Source: an uncultured Methanosarcinales archaeon (lineage in GTDB: Archaea; Nanobdellota; Nanobdellia; Woesearchaeales; DATDXC01). Taken from it: 20,000 nt of DNA. Of this stretch, positions 8,912 through 16,745 are shown piece after piece. The stretch is taken from the NCBI GenBank assembly GCA_964510025.1, contig CAZDZV010000007.1:59963-79962 (forward strand), given 5' to 3'. Each line of letters begins with the position of its first letter. Within the stretch, counting starts at the first letter, position 1. The notes under the pieces were generated by a model. The model searched no databases. It was not told the origin of the DNA and saw only the letters and a list, made by a program, of their open reading frames with translations. Position numbers and translations under genes: made by a program.

Positions 8912-11021
8912 TTTTTGGTGAAAGTGCATAGCAGTATTGGGTATATGCCTGCTCATCAAGCTTCCCTATCTCCTGGAGGTCCTCGATCATGATATCCTGG
9001 GTGTTTTGAAGATTAGGTGAGATTATGTTGAAGACTATGTCGCTGTTCTCGTCAAAGCTGGGATTGCTGGTCTTGAACACATCGTGTGTTGAATCGCAGT
9101 GAAGGCCCCCGTTCGGCAGGGGATTGGTGTTGTTGAACTCCACAGAAGGGTAGGTTACGGTCTGGTCTTCTATTGTCTCTGTCCTTTCCGGTATCTCAAA
9201 ATCCCCGTGGTAGTATACATCTATCTTCATCTCATATTCCCCGGGCGCGATCCTTATCTCGCCATAGCTTTGGTTGCCCCATAGCTCCCCGTAGGTGGTG
9301 TAAGGCATCTCGTTCAGGCCTGATTTTCTCTGGAGTATGATCATAGCATGCTCACGCCCCGAAAGGTTTATGGACTGCTCCATCGTCTCAAACACCGGAT
9401 TGAACTTGCCGTATATCTTCTCCATCAGCGCTTTCTTCACTGTGAACCTTTTTGTCAGTATAGGGTTCATGCCGATCTTCACATCTTTTTCCTTGTCAGC
9501 GCCTGTCGTCAGGATCATTGAGTATGATATGTAGTCATCTTTTCTGAATGAAAGTATCCCGTTAATGCAGATGGGCAGCCTGCCTCTGAAATGGCCGTTC
9601 TGGCCTGTCTGGCCAATGCTGCATGACTCTCCTGCGCACGTATATATTATCTGGGCTTCCGAAATAGGCTCGTCTGTCAGGGCATCTTTGGCCTCTATGT
9701 TCACGTCTGCGGACAGCCTCTTGCTCTCGTCGCACAGCATTGAGCCTGCACTTGGCGATACTGTCTTGATCGTGGCATAGTCCGTTTCCATCGGCTCATT
9801 GTTCCTGATGTTTCCTTCCAGCAAAAAGCTGAAGCTGTAGCCTTTCCCGCCGAAAAGCAGGGCATCCGGATCCCTTATCGTCACCATTGCCGGAAAGCTC
9901 ACGTCATAGAGGAAATAATACCTCTGGAATCCGAACAATGACATTATCTCTGTGGAGATGGAATCAGGGCTGCAGTCATCTCCATCGCAGTTGAGGTCAA
10001 AATACGGGGTCCAGCCCAGGTAATCGAAGTCAATGGCCAGGTTGCTGTAGCTCATGTTTCCTGGTATTGTCATATCGCCGTTGTAGAAAGCTGTCCTGTA
10101 AGAGCTCGGAAAATCAAAAGCCTCATAGTTTGAGGTCCCATATACCCTCAGCAGCGGCACATAGCTCAGCAGCACCTCTTTCATCCTCTCATGTACCCTG
10201 TTCTTGCTCCAGCTTATCATGCTGCCGAAGTTAAAGGTGGATTCGGTCATCGGCGGAAGCTTCTCCCTGTCCAGCCCTGAAAAGCCTACTATCAGGTCCA
10301 GCAGGTATCTTTCCAGGAAATGGTAGTTTGCTTCAAGGCTTGTGAGCAGTATGCCAAAATTATATATATCCATGAGATCCACATTTATGGTTGACACGAA
10401 CCTAGATATCTTTTTCTTGCTAATCTTTGAGGCCTCGATAGGATATTCAAGCGCAAACTGCACAACTCCGTCTAAGATCACAACATCGGTCCTGGGCGAG
10501 CCTGCTGATTCCATTTTATAGCCCTGCTGCTCAAGCATTGTGAAGTCTGCTATGCAGTTGTCTATATTCTCATCCACATAATTTTCAAGCTGGCCTTCTA
10601 TGCTTGGAGAGCCGTCTTTCTTGTAGAGATGAAGTCTTGACTGCGGAACAAGCTCAAATTCGCAGTCCCCTTCGCATCTGTCAGGAGTTGCAAGATGCCA
10701 CCAGTACGGTATAAGCCAGTTTCTTGCCAGCTCTATCGAGTTGCCGCTTGTTGCTGCATCACCCGGAGCAAGTCCTTGCTCATAAGGCTCGATAAAGCCC
10801 CCTCTCTCTCCGAGCATCTTTAGGCCCTGTGCTGCTGTCTCCTCAAGGCATTTTTCAACAAATACCTTGACGGGATCGAACTCTATAGGCACAGATTCCG
10901 AAGCAGTCAGGGATTCCCTGGTAGCTATGCCTGCCGTATCCGACCTGAGGCTGAAGAACAGCGCTCCACCTGCAAGTATGATGATGCCCAGTATCACAAA
11001 TAATGTTATCTGGCCCTTCAT
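8904..11021 (-). CDS. Large class III signal peptide (pilin-like N-terminus) surface protein, G|QIT family paralog 2 (705 aa)
   Basis: N-terminus MKG|QITLFVILGIIILAGGALFF. Motifs PVKVFVEKC, LGERGGFI, IPYWW, YFLYDVSFP, GYSFSF and LPICINGILSFRKDDY are shared with the paralogs. GGAGG lies upstream and there is an ATGA overlap with the RHH gene. Confidence 0.88.
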   Translation of the reverse strand: MKGQITLFVILGIIILAGGALFFSLRSDTAGIATRESLTASESVPIEFDPVKVFVEKCLEETAAQGLKMLGERGGFIEPYEQGLAPGDAATSGNSIELARNWLIPYWWHLATPDRCEGDCEFELVPQSRLHLYKKDGSPSIEGQLENYVDENIDNCIADFTMLEQQGYKMESAGSPRTDVVILDGVVQFALEYPIEASKISKKKISRFVSTINVDLMDIYNFGILLTSLEANYHFLERYLLDLIVGFSGLDREKLPPMTESTFNFGSMISWSKNRVHERMKEVLLSYVPLLRVYGTSNYEAFDFPSSYRTAFYNGDMTIPGNMSYSNLAIDFDYLGWTPYFDLNCDGDDCSPDSISTEIMSLFGFQRYYFLYDVSFPAMVTIRDPDALLFGGKGYSFSFLLEGNIRNNEPMETDYATIKTVSPSAGSMLCDESKRLSADVNIEAKDALTDEPISEAQIIYTCAGESCSIGQTGQNGHFRGRLPICINGILSFRKDDYISYSMILTTGADKEKDVKIGMNPILTKRFTVKKALMEKIYGKFNPVFETMEQSINLSGREHAMIILQRKSGLNEMPYTTYGELWGNQSYGEIRIAPGEYEMKIDVYYHGDFEIPERTETIEDQTVTYPSVEFNNTNPLPNGGLHCDSTHDVFKTSNPSFDENSDIVFNIISPNLQNTQDIMIEDLQEIGKLDEQAYTQYCYALSPKNE

Positions 11022-11185
11022 AGCCTTATCTCCTCCAGTCCTTTTTGGATAAGCTTGAGATCGTACATCTTCTGTTCCATAAGTTCCCTGGCCAGCATTG
11101 ATTTCTTTTTCCCTAGTTTCTTGGCGACCTTAGAAAGCAGTTTGTCTATCTCATCGCTGACTGTAATGCGGATCTGCTGGCTCAT
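11018..11185 (-). CDS. Ribbon-helix-helix (CopG/Arc/MetJ-like) DNA-binding protein, 55 aa
   Basis: Below the ORF-track cutoff. Manual translation gives MSQQIRITVSDEIDKLLSKVAKKLGKKKSMLARELMEQKMYDLKLIQKGLEEIRL, with an alternating beta strand (QIRITV), helix A, a G-x-x-x-S turn and helix B (S-x-L-x-R). It is the first gene after the TATA box, and its stop overlaps the next ATG (ATGA). Confidence 0.85.
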   Translation of the reverse strand: MSQQIRITVSDEIDKLLSKVAKKLGKKKSMLARELMEQKMYDLKLIQKGLEEIRL

Positions 11186-11218
11186 TTTGGGATTTTGTTA
11201 TACTAATTTGTATACTAT

Positions 11219-11234
11219 TATATAAACTTTTTGC
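11219..11234 (-). promoter_or_regulatory. Archaeal BRE + TATA box for the leftward (RHH-led) operon
   Basis: The minus strand reads GCAAAAAG-TTTATATA, ending 33 bp upstream of the RHH ATG (11185). Confidence 0.7.
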
Positions 11235-11521
11235 TTTTATTTGTCTTTAATATATACATCATTTGTACATTTTATAGCATAAATATACCTTATTTATTCT
11301 TAATTTATACTAAATTAGTTACTTATTTTGTATTTTATTATTCTGAAGTTTATATCAATATATTATTTTGTATATTCAGTATTTAAATATTTCCTTTTTT
11401 ATCCATCTTACTGTATAAATCAAGTACTTTAAAAGTCTATTTATACTTAGATTATACTTAATTTAGCATAAATAATTAACTATCATAGATAAAATTACCT
11501 ACCCAAATGAGCAGCACAACA

Positions 11522-11529
11522 TTTATATA
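11522..11529 (+). promoter_or_regulatory. Putative TATA box for the plus-strand gene (likely leaderless mRNA)
   Basis: TTTATATA ends 20 bp before ATG 11550, and there is no Shine-Dalgarno sequence in between. Confidence 0.55.
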
Positions 11530-11549
11530 CATCTGGACCAAGAAAAATA

Positions 11550-12803
11550 ATGAAATTGGCTAAGCAGGCTATTGTCCAGTGGCTGAGGCAGTATCTTAAA
11601 TCAGGCTATGACCTGGCTGTACTAGAAAGGACGCTGCTTGACAACGGCTACCGGAAACAGGATATTGATGATGCAGTAAGGTCTATCTACGGCGCCGAAG
11701 TGAAGCATGTCATCCATCTCTCAAAGACATCTGTTGCGCTTATCATCGCAGTTATATGCAGCTCTCTTCTGATAGCAGCAGGATTCCTCTACTTCACACA
11801 GCAGCCTGCAGAGCTGCTGGACGTCAGCACAGAGGTCCTTGATTCCTCACTTCAGCCAGGACAAAGGCTGAACTTCAATGTTGAGCTTTCTTCCCTTGGC
11901 TCATCCAGGCGATATGATGTTGATGTAAGGTACGATATAGAGAAGGACGGAGCAACCCTAACATTCAAGGAAGAGACAATCGGCCTCGAAACATCCAAGT
12001 CACAGAGAACCTTCATAGACCTGCCCGTGGATGCAGAACCAGGCAGCTATATCTTAAGGACCCTTGCCAGATACCAGGACAAGGTAGCAAGAGCAGCCTC
12101 AAGCTTTACAGTGTATATCCAAAGCGAGATAGCCACCTGCACAGACAACATCCAGAACCAGGGAGAGGAAGGCGTGGATTGCGGAGGGCCCTGCAGCCAG
12201 TGCCCTTCCTGCCATGACAACACCCTCAACCAGGATGAGGAAGGCGTGGATTGCGGCGGCATCTGTAAGCCTTGCTCTGATTGCGATGACAATGATCCCT
12301 GTACCCAGGATATTGTTGTCAGCTCAGAATGCAAGCATGAAAAAATATCTCCCTGCTGTGGGAACAGCATATGTGAGCAGGGAGAGGAGTGCCCTGCCGA
12401 CTGCCCTCAAGATGACCCCTACCCAGGCTCGACTGTCTGGGAGAAGCTGGATGCCATAAAGGAGCTTGCCCGCTCTGATGATTACGCAGCAGCTGCACGC
12501 TGTGACAGCTTTGATGAGAATCTGCACAGGGAGAAGTGCCTAGACAATGTGGCAAAGCAGTCAAATAAGCATAGCTATTGCGAGGAGATAATGGATGAGC
12601 GCACCAGGGAGGAATGCCTCATATCAGTCGCAAAAGGTGCAGATGACCATGGGATCTGCGAAAAGATATCTCAGGATACAAGAAGGGACCGCTGCTATAT
12701 GCATTTTGCAAAGGCAGGCGATGATTTCTCTGTGTGCGATAAAGTCACTGACTATTACCTCAAGCAGTTGTGCAACTCTATGAAGGACATGCAGGCTCCC
12801 TAG
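11550..12803 (+). CDS. Single-pass membrane protein with Ig-like domain and several Cys-rich repeat types (417 aa)
   Basis: Domain order: small helical N-terminal domain (YLKSGY...LLDNGY...IDDA), TM segment (VALIIAVICSSLLIAAGFLYF), beta-sandwich (LPVDAEPGSYILRTLARY), two CxDxxxNQxEEGVDCGGxC repeats, CDDNDPCTQD, CGNSICEQGEECPADC, then ~26-aa CxxIxDxxxRxxC helical repeats. Confidence 0.85.
   Translation: MKLAKQAIVQWLRQYLKSGYDLAVLERTLLDNGYRKQDIDDAVRSIYGAEVKHVIHLSKTSVALIIAVICSSLLIAAGFLYFTQQPAELLDVSTEVLDSSLQPGQRLNFNVELSSLGSSRRYDVDVRYDIEKDGATLTFKEETIGLETSKSQRTFIDLPVDAEPGSYILRTLARYQDKVARAASSFTVYIQSEIATCTDNIQNQGEEGVDCGGPCSQCPSCHDNTLNQDEEGVDCGGICKPCSDCDDNDPCTQDIVVSSECKHEKISPCCGNSICEQGEECPADCPQDDPYPGSTVWEKLDAIKELARSDDYAAAARCDSFDENLHREKCLDNVAKQSNKHSYCEEIMDERTREECLISVAKGADDHGICEKISQDTRRDRCYMHFAKAGDDFSVCDKVTDYYLKQLCNSMKDMQAP
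12135..12278 (+). repeat. Intragenic tandem repeat, 2 x 72 bp (24 aa Cys-rich EEGVDCGG units)
   Basis: The identical 20-mer GAGGAAGGCGTGGATTGCGG occurs at 12165 and 12237 (period 72). Confidence 0.85.
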
Positions 12804-15517
12804 CCTATGAATTCAGGCTCTATGTACGCCCTATAGTGCTTGGAATAGTTGGCTAATTCCCCTGTCTCGCTCATGTCTTCCGGATGCATGGGCGTATCAA
12901 GCTTGAAGAAATAGAACCTGATCTTGCTTGACGCATCCAGCTTGTTCTGGCCGACATTCCATAGCCCTGTTTGGTTTGACAGCTCTCCTCCCCCAATCAC
13001 CAGCGGCGTATAGTTTATCTCAGGAAAATATCCGCTGGCAGCTATCACAGCCCCTTTCTCATCCCTGGCCAGCATATTGACAAAATATCTACCGGGAACA
13101 AGGCGTATCGTAGAGCCGTTGCTATCCACATCTATCATGTTTGCCAGGACATCTGTCTCATAGATGTCTTCCTGCATCTTCGCATAGCTTATTGTAAGGT
13201 GCTGTCCCTCTGACAGAGGAAGTGCATCTGATCTGGTGGCGCCCTTGAACCGAAGGTTGTTTAGTTCCTTATTCAAGGAGAAGATTATATCCTTGAGCAC
13301 ATACTCCGAGATAGCATCTATATCTATTGCGCCGCCGCTGCCTGCATATGTGGAGGGATTCTTAACCACAGTCCATGCTGTTTCAGCAGCACCTGTGGCC
13401 AGCTCAAGGCTCTGCTTGAGCTTATCCTTCCTCACCTCATGCCAGTGCTTGTAATCCGCAACTAATGCATATGCATTCAGCACATCCTGGCCTGCTGAGC
13501 TTATGACATCCAGAAGAGCATCTGCCTGAGATTCTGTTATCTTGCCCTGGCCAGCAGCTGCTTCTATGGAATCCATTATCTCTGCAAATAGCCCGTAATG
13601 ATTGTAAAGACCGAGCTGCCTGTCGATAAGCACCCTGTGATAGAGCTTGTCAAGCACACCTGAACCTGTTTCAGGCGCAAGCCATCTCTTCACCCTGAAC
13701 ATGTTGCTTATGTTGATGTAATATGCCTCAACCTCTTTTTCTCTCACCGGCTCCATATAGACATCATGTTGCGCAGATACGTTTATCCTGGATGACACAT
13801 CAGGCACATACCTGGAGATATAGCCGTCTTTCTCCAGAAGCAGATAGCCATGGCCTATGCATACAGGGAGCCTTGTCACATATACTCCATTATCTCCCTC
13901 AACAGCTATGGGGCACTTTCTGTAGTTGCCGCAGCCATAGCTGATTATCACGTCATCTACAGGCTGCATCGTAAGCGCATCTTTGACATCAATCGTATTA
14001 TTTCCGCTTATCCTCTGGTCAGCTTCACAGAATAATGAGCTCTCGCTGGAATCAGCTGTAGTTGTTGTCTCAGTCTTGCAGTTGTCCGAACACTCCATGG
14101 CGCTGCTGTATACCTGGTTCGTCTTCGGGCATCTCCACCTTGTGTTTATGTCGCCTGTCAGGTTGATGCACTCTGTAAATTCGCTGTCTGTTATGGCCAC
14201 TGAAGCCTCAACCTGGCTGTAGTCTGTAACCCCTACTGTGCCTTGTCCCTGGTTCCACATATACATGTCCTTATTGTCCCTTAGATTTGCCTCCAGAGCA
14301 AACATGAATGTGTAGCCGTCCTCCCCGTAATCTGACAAGGCATCCTCATCCCTGACAAGCACGATAAAAGGTACAGAAAGGTCGTAGAAGAACCCATAAT
14401 AGTTGTTAGTAACCTGCGGAAAAAAGCCGATCGTGTCATGTGACCTGCTTGTCATGGGCTTCAGTATGCTTCCTGTCCTGGGTGTGATGTCCAGGTGTAT
14501 GGGCCAGCTTGGGTTGTAGACAAAGCTTACGTCAAGCTGGGGAAAGCTCAGGTTTAGGAAATCCAGAAACAGCACATCATACAGGCCTTCCAATGATCCC
14601 TTGTCGGTCTTTATCCTGGAGGCTCCCTTTGTATCCTTAAGCTGCATAAGTGGTATGAGCCCGGGCAGCAGTTCAGTCCTAAGCTTGTCTTCAGTATCCT
14701 CCATTTTCCAGCTTGTGATAGATGCCCTGTCATCAAACCATGCTATAGGCGGCAGTCTTTCCGGGCTTGGCGGGCTTGAATAGCTGGCTATTATGTGAAG
14801 AAGTATATCCTCAAGATAAAGCTGGTTGCGCTGATAGAAGGTCGTGAGATAAGCCAGCAGATATATTTCATAAAAATTAAAGTCCAGCTCATAGAAAAAT
14901 TTATCTATGCTGGATGTGGCTTCCCCCAGTCTGACTTTTAAGGGATAATCTACCAGAAAACTGACATCCTCAGAGTTTATATGGGCGCTTACATCAATCT
15001 CTCCTTCACTGATATCAAGGTTCTGCTCTTTAAGCCCCCTGAATCCATCCAAGCACTCCAGAAGCTCCCTTTCCATATACCTGTTCAGCTGCTGCTCTAT
15101 ATACGCCAACGAGGGCATCAGCGATGTCATGGTGCATTTCTGGCAGGAGTTCGGCGAATGCATATAGAACCAGTATGCAATTTGGGCTTCACTTCCTGGA
15201 CTCAGGGCCACAGCATCAGATTCTGTGGGCTCCTCAGGATTTATGCGGAAAAGCCTTCTTACGCTGTCGTAATCGTAGAAGTCTATATATCCGCCATGCT
15301 GGCCAAGCATCTTGAAAGCCTTTATCGAGGTTTCCTCTATGCAGTCTTCTACATATATTTTTACAGGCTCAGACCAGTCAGGGATATTTTCCTGCTCAAG
15401 CCCGATTTCCGCGGTTGTCTGGGTGTATCTCCACCTGATGTAAAATACCAGCGACGCCAGCAGCAGGATCAGGATTCCTGCTATTATGAATATGGTTATC
15501 TGTCCTTTATTATTCAT
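12800..15517 (-). CDS. Large class III signal peptide (pilin-like N-terminus) surface protein, G|QIT family paralog 3 (905 aa, with two insertions)
   Basis: Start reassigned to ATG 15517 (MNNKG|QITIFIIAGILILLLASLVFYI; 8-bp overlap with the upstream stop). Motifs PVKIYVEDC, LGQHGGYI, AYWF, FFYDLSVP, GYTFMFA and LPVCIGHGYLLLEKDGY. Confidence 0.88.
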   Translation of the reverse strand: MNNKGQITIFIIAGILILLLASLVFYIRWRYTQTTAEIGLEQENIPDWSEPVKIYVEDCIEETSIKAFKMLGQHGGYIDFYDYDSVRRLFRINPEEPTESDAVALSPGSEAQIAYWFYMHSPNSCQKCTMTSLMPSLAYIEQQLNRYMERELLECLDGFRGLKEQNLDISEGEIDVSAHINSEDVSFLVDYPLKVRLGEATSSIDKFFYELDFNFYEIYLLAYLTTFYQRNQLYLEDILLHIIASYSSPPSPERLPPIAWFDDRASITSWKMEDTEDKLRTELLPGLIPLMQLKDTKGASRIKTDKGSLEGLYDVLFLDFLNLSFPQLDVSFVYNPSWPIHLDITPRTGSILKPMTSRSHDTIGFFPQVTNNYYGFFYDLSVPFIVLVRDEDALSDYGEDGYTFMFALEANLRDNKDMYMWNQGQGTVGVTDYSQVEASVAITDSEFTECINLTGDINTRWRCPKTNQVYSSAMECSDNCKTETTTTADSSESSLFCEADQRISGNNTIDVKDALTMQPVDDVIISYGCGNYRKCPIAVEGDNGVYVTRLPVCIGHGYLLLEKDGYISRYVPDVSSRINVSAQHDVYMEPVREKEVEAYYINISNMFRVKRWLAPETGSGVLDKLYHRVLIDRQLGLYNHYGLFAEIMDSIEAAAGQGKITESQADALLDVISSAGQDVLNAYALVADYKHWHEVRKDKLKQSLELATGAAETAWTVVKNPSTYAGSGGAIDIDAISEYVLKDIIFSLNKELNNLRFKGATRSDALPLSEGQHLTISYAKMQEDIYETDVLANMIDVDSNGSTIRLVPGRYFVNMLARDEKGAVIAASGYFPEINYTPLVIGGGELSNQTGLWNVGQNKLDASSKIRFYFFKLDTPMHPEDMSETGELANYSKHYRAYIEPEFIG

Positions 15518-16286
15518 CTTTATCAACAACCAGATTGGTGTAGACCTTCACCCATGCCAGATAGTAAAGTGCAAGCAGGAAGCCTGCTGCCAAAAAAAAT
15601 GGGCCTAATATGGATATGCCTGCTATAGTCAGGAGCCCTATGGCCCAAAACATAAGATATGCCGCCAGAAAGGGCCAAAAATATCTGTATAGCTTCATGA
15701 AGCATAGCCCAAATGTTCTTTTTACAGCATCCATAATCTTTCTTCTGCGGTAAAAGACAGGATACAGGAACAGGCTGAGGTACAGGTAGATATGGAACAT
15801 TACTAACATGACCTTCTGTATGGTGTATATGTCAAGCCTGAGCCCGAACAATATGACAAAAAAAGATGCAATCCAGGCAGCGTTCCAGACTAGCACCAGC
15901 AGTGCGTGCTTTATGGATATCTCTTTCCTGTATTTCCTGTCAACCAGCAGCGACCATTCCTTTCCATGTATAAATCCTGCTGCTGCTGTCAGCACCAGCG
16001 CAAAAAATCCTATGACAATAAACAGCTTTAATGCAAAGCTCTTCAGCGCTGCATCCACTATCTCAAAATCCCTGACAACAGAAGAGGTTATGTTCATATC
16101 GCCCCTCAATACCCTGACCACATTGTCTGCTGAGCTGCTGACATCAGGGACAGTGGCGCTAATAAGCGTAAGCGAAAATCCGTTGATTATCACGATAGCA
16201 GCCACAGATGCTATAAAGAGCAGCTCGAGGCCTATCATCTTGCCCATTTTTTTGTCAGCCCTGAAAGACTTCAAAAACGTTTTCAT
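15510..16286 (-). CDS. Polytopic membrane protein (~6 TM, 258 aa), paralog of 2428-3141
   Basis: Start reassigned to ATG 16286 (ATGA overlap with the stop at 16283-16285). About six hydrophobic segments; same position in the cassette as 2428-3141. Confidence 0.82.
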   Translation of the reverse strand: MKTFLKSFRADKKMGKMIGLELLFIASVAAIVIINGFSLTLISATVPDVSSSADNVVRVLRGDMNITSSVVRDFEIVDAALKSFALKLFIVIGFFALVLTAAAGFIHGKEWSLLVDRKYRKEISIKHALLVLVWNAAWIASFFVILFGLRLDIYTIQKVMLVMFHIYLYLSLFLYPVFYRRRKIMDAVKRTFGLCFMKLYRYFWPFLAAYLMFWAIGLLTIAGISILGPFFLAAGFLLALYYLAWVKVYTNLVVDKDE

Positions 16287-16741
16287 CTTAGTTCTACCAA
16301 AGGCACCCTCAGCCATGCATCCCCGTATGTAATTCTTACCCCTGTGTAGCTCTCATTGCTGTAGTCTGCATAATATCCTGTTCCAGGGGAACTGATGCTT
16401 GCCGTGCCGTGGTCAAGGACATATTCCTTATCCTGGCCGACCAGCTCTACCCTGTATCCCAGATCAGCTATTGGTTCGATGTACCAGCTGGCTGTATAGA
16501 GGGTCCTGTCAAACCCTTCTACATTGTATACCTGCCTTCTGCCCTGGAGGCTTATTGTATTCTGCGACAGAAATACTGCCTGGCTCGATGTTCCCCCGCT
16601 TTGGGCTTCTGTAGTGCCCCCCCATTTGCTGCATATCTCCAGCTCCCAGTCCTCAACAGCATACCAGTTGTCTATCCTTGGATCAAAAGCTGCAGCACAA
16701 ACCACCATCAATAGTACACTTAATAATATCCTGATCTTCAT
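16283..16741 (-). CDS. Small secreted protein (152 aa), apparent stand-alone version of the C-terminal domain of 3156-5760
   Basis: ATG 16741 is preceded by GGAGG and sits 4 bp after the upstream stop. Signal peptide MKIRILLSVLLMVVCAAA; EDWELEIC, GYRVELVG, YSNESY and RVPLVE motifs. Confidence 0.78.
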   Translation of the reverse strand: MKIRILLSVLLMVVCAAAFDPRIDNWYAVEDWELEICSKWGGTTEAQSGGTSSQAVFLSQNTISLQGRRQVYNVEGFDRTLYTASWYIEPIADLGYRVELVGQDKEYVLDHGTASISSPGTGYYADYSNESYTGVRITYGDAWLRVPLVELR

Positions 16742-16745
16742 TTTG

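Larger units (their letters stand above)
11186..11549. promoter_or_regulatory. AT-rich divergent intergenic control region with repeated TTATACT/TATAC motifs
   Basis: The only long non-coding stretch in the window and strongly AT-rich relative to its flanks. TTATACT at 11198, 11305, 11441 and 11452; GTATACT at 11210; direct repeat TTATTTTGTAT at 11323 and 11363. Confidence 0.7.

Noticed and set aside
11018..11185. RHH as antitoxin of a type II toxin-antitoxin pair
   Set aside because: There is no adjacent small toxin (PIN/RelE/ParE). The downstream gene is a 705-aa secreted protein.
11186..11549. Replication origin or CRISPR leader/array
   Set aside because: There are no ORB-like G-string boxes or cdc6/orc1 nearby, no regularly spaced 25-40-bp repeats and no cas genes.
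14981..15628. 215-aa plus-strand ORF and the other short antisense/alternate-frame ORFs (e.g. 15808-16332, 3481-3891)
   Set aside because: These are shadows of long, motif-bearing minus-strand genes, with no recognisable domains or expression signals.
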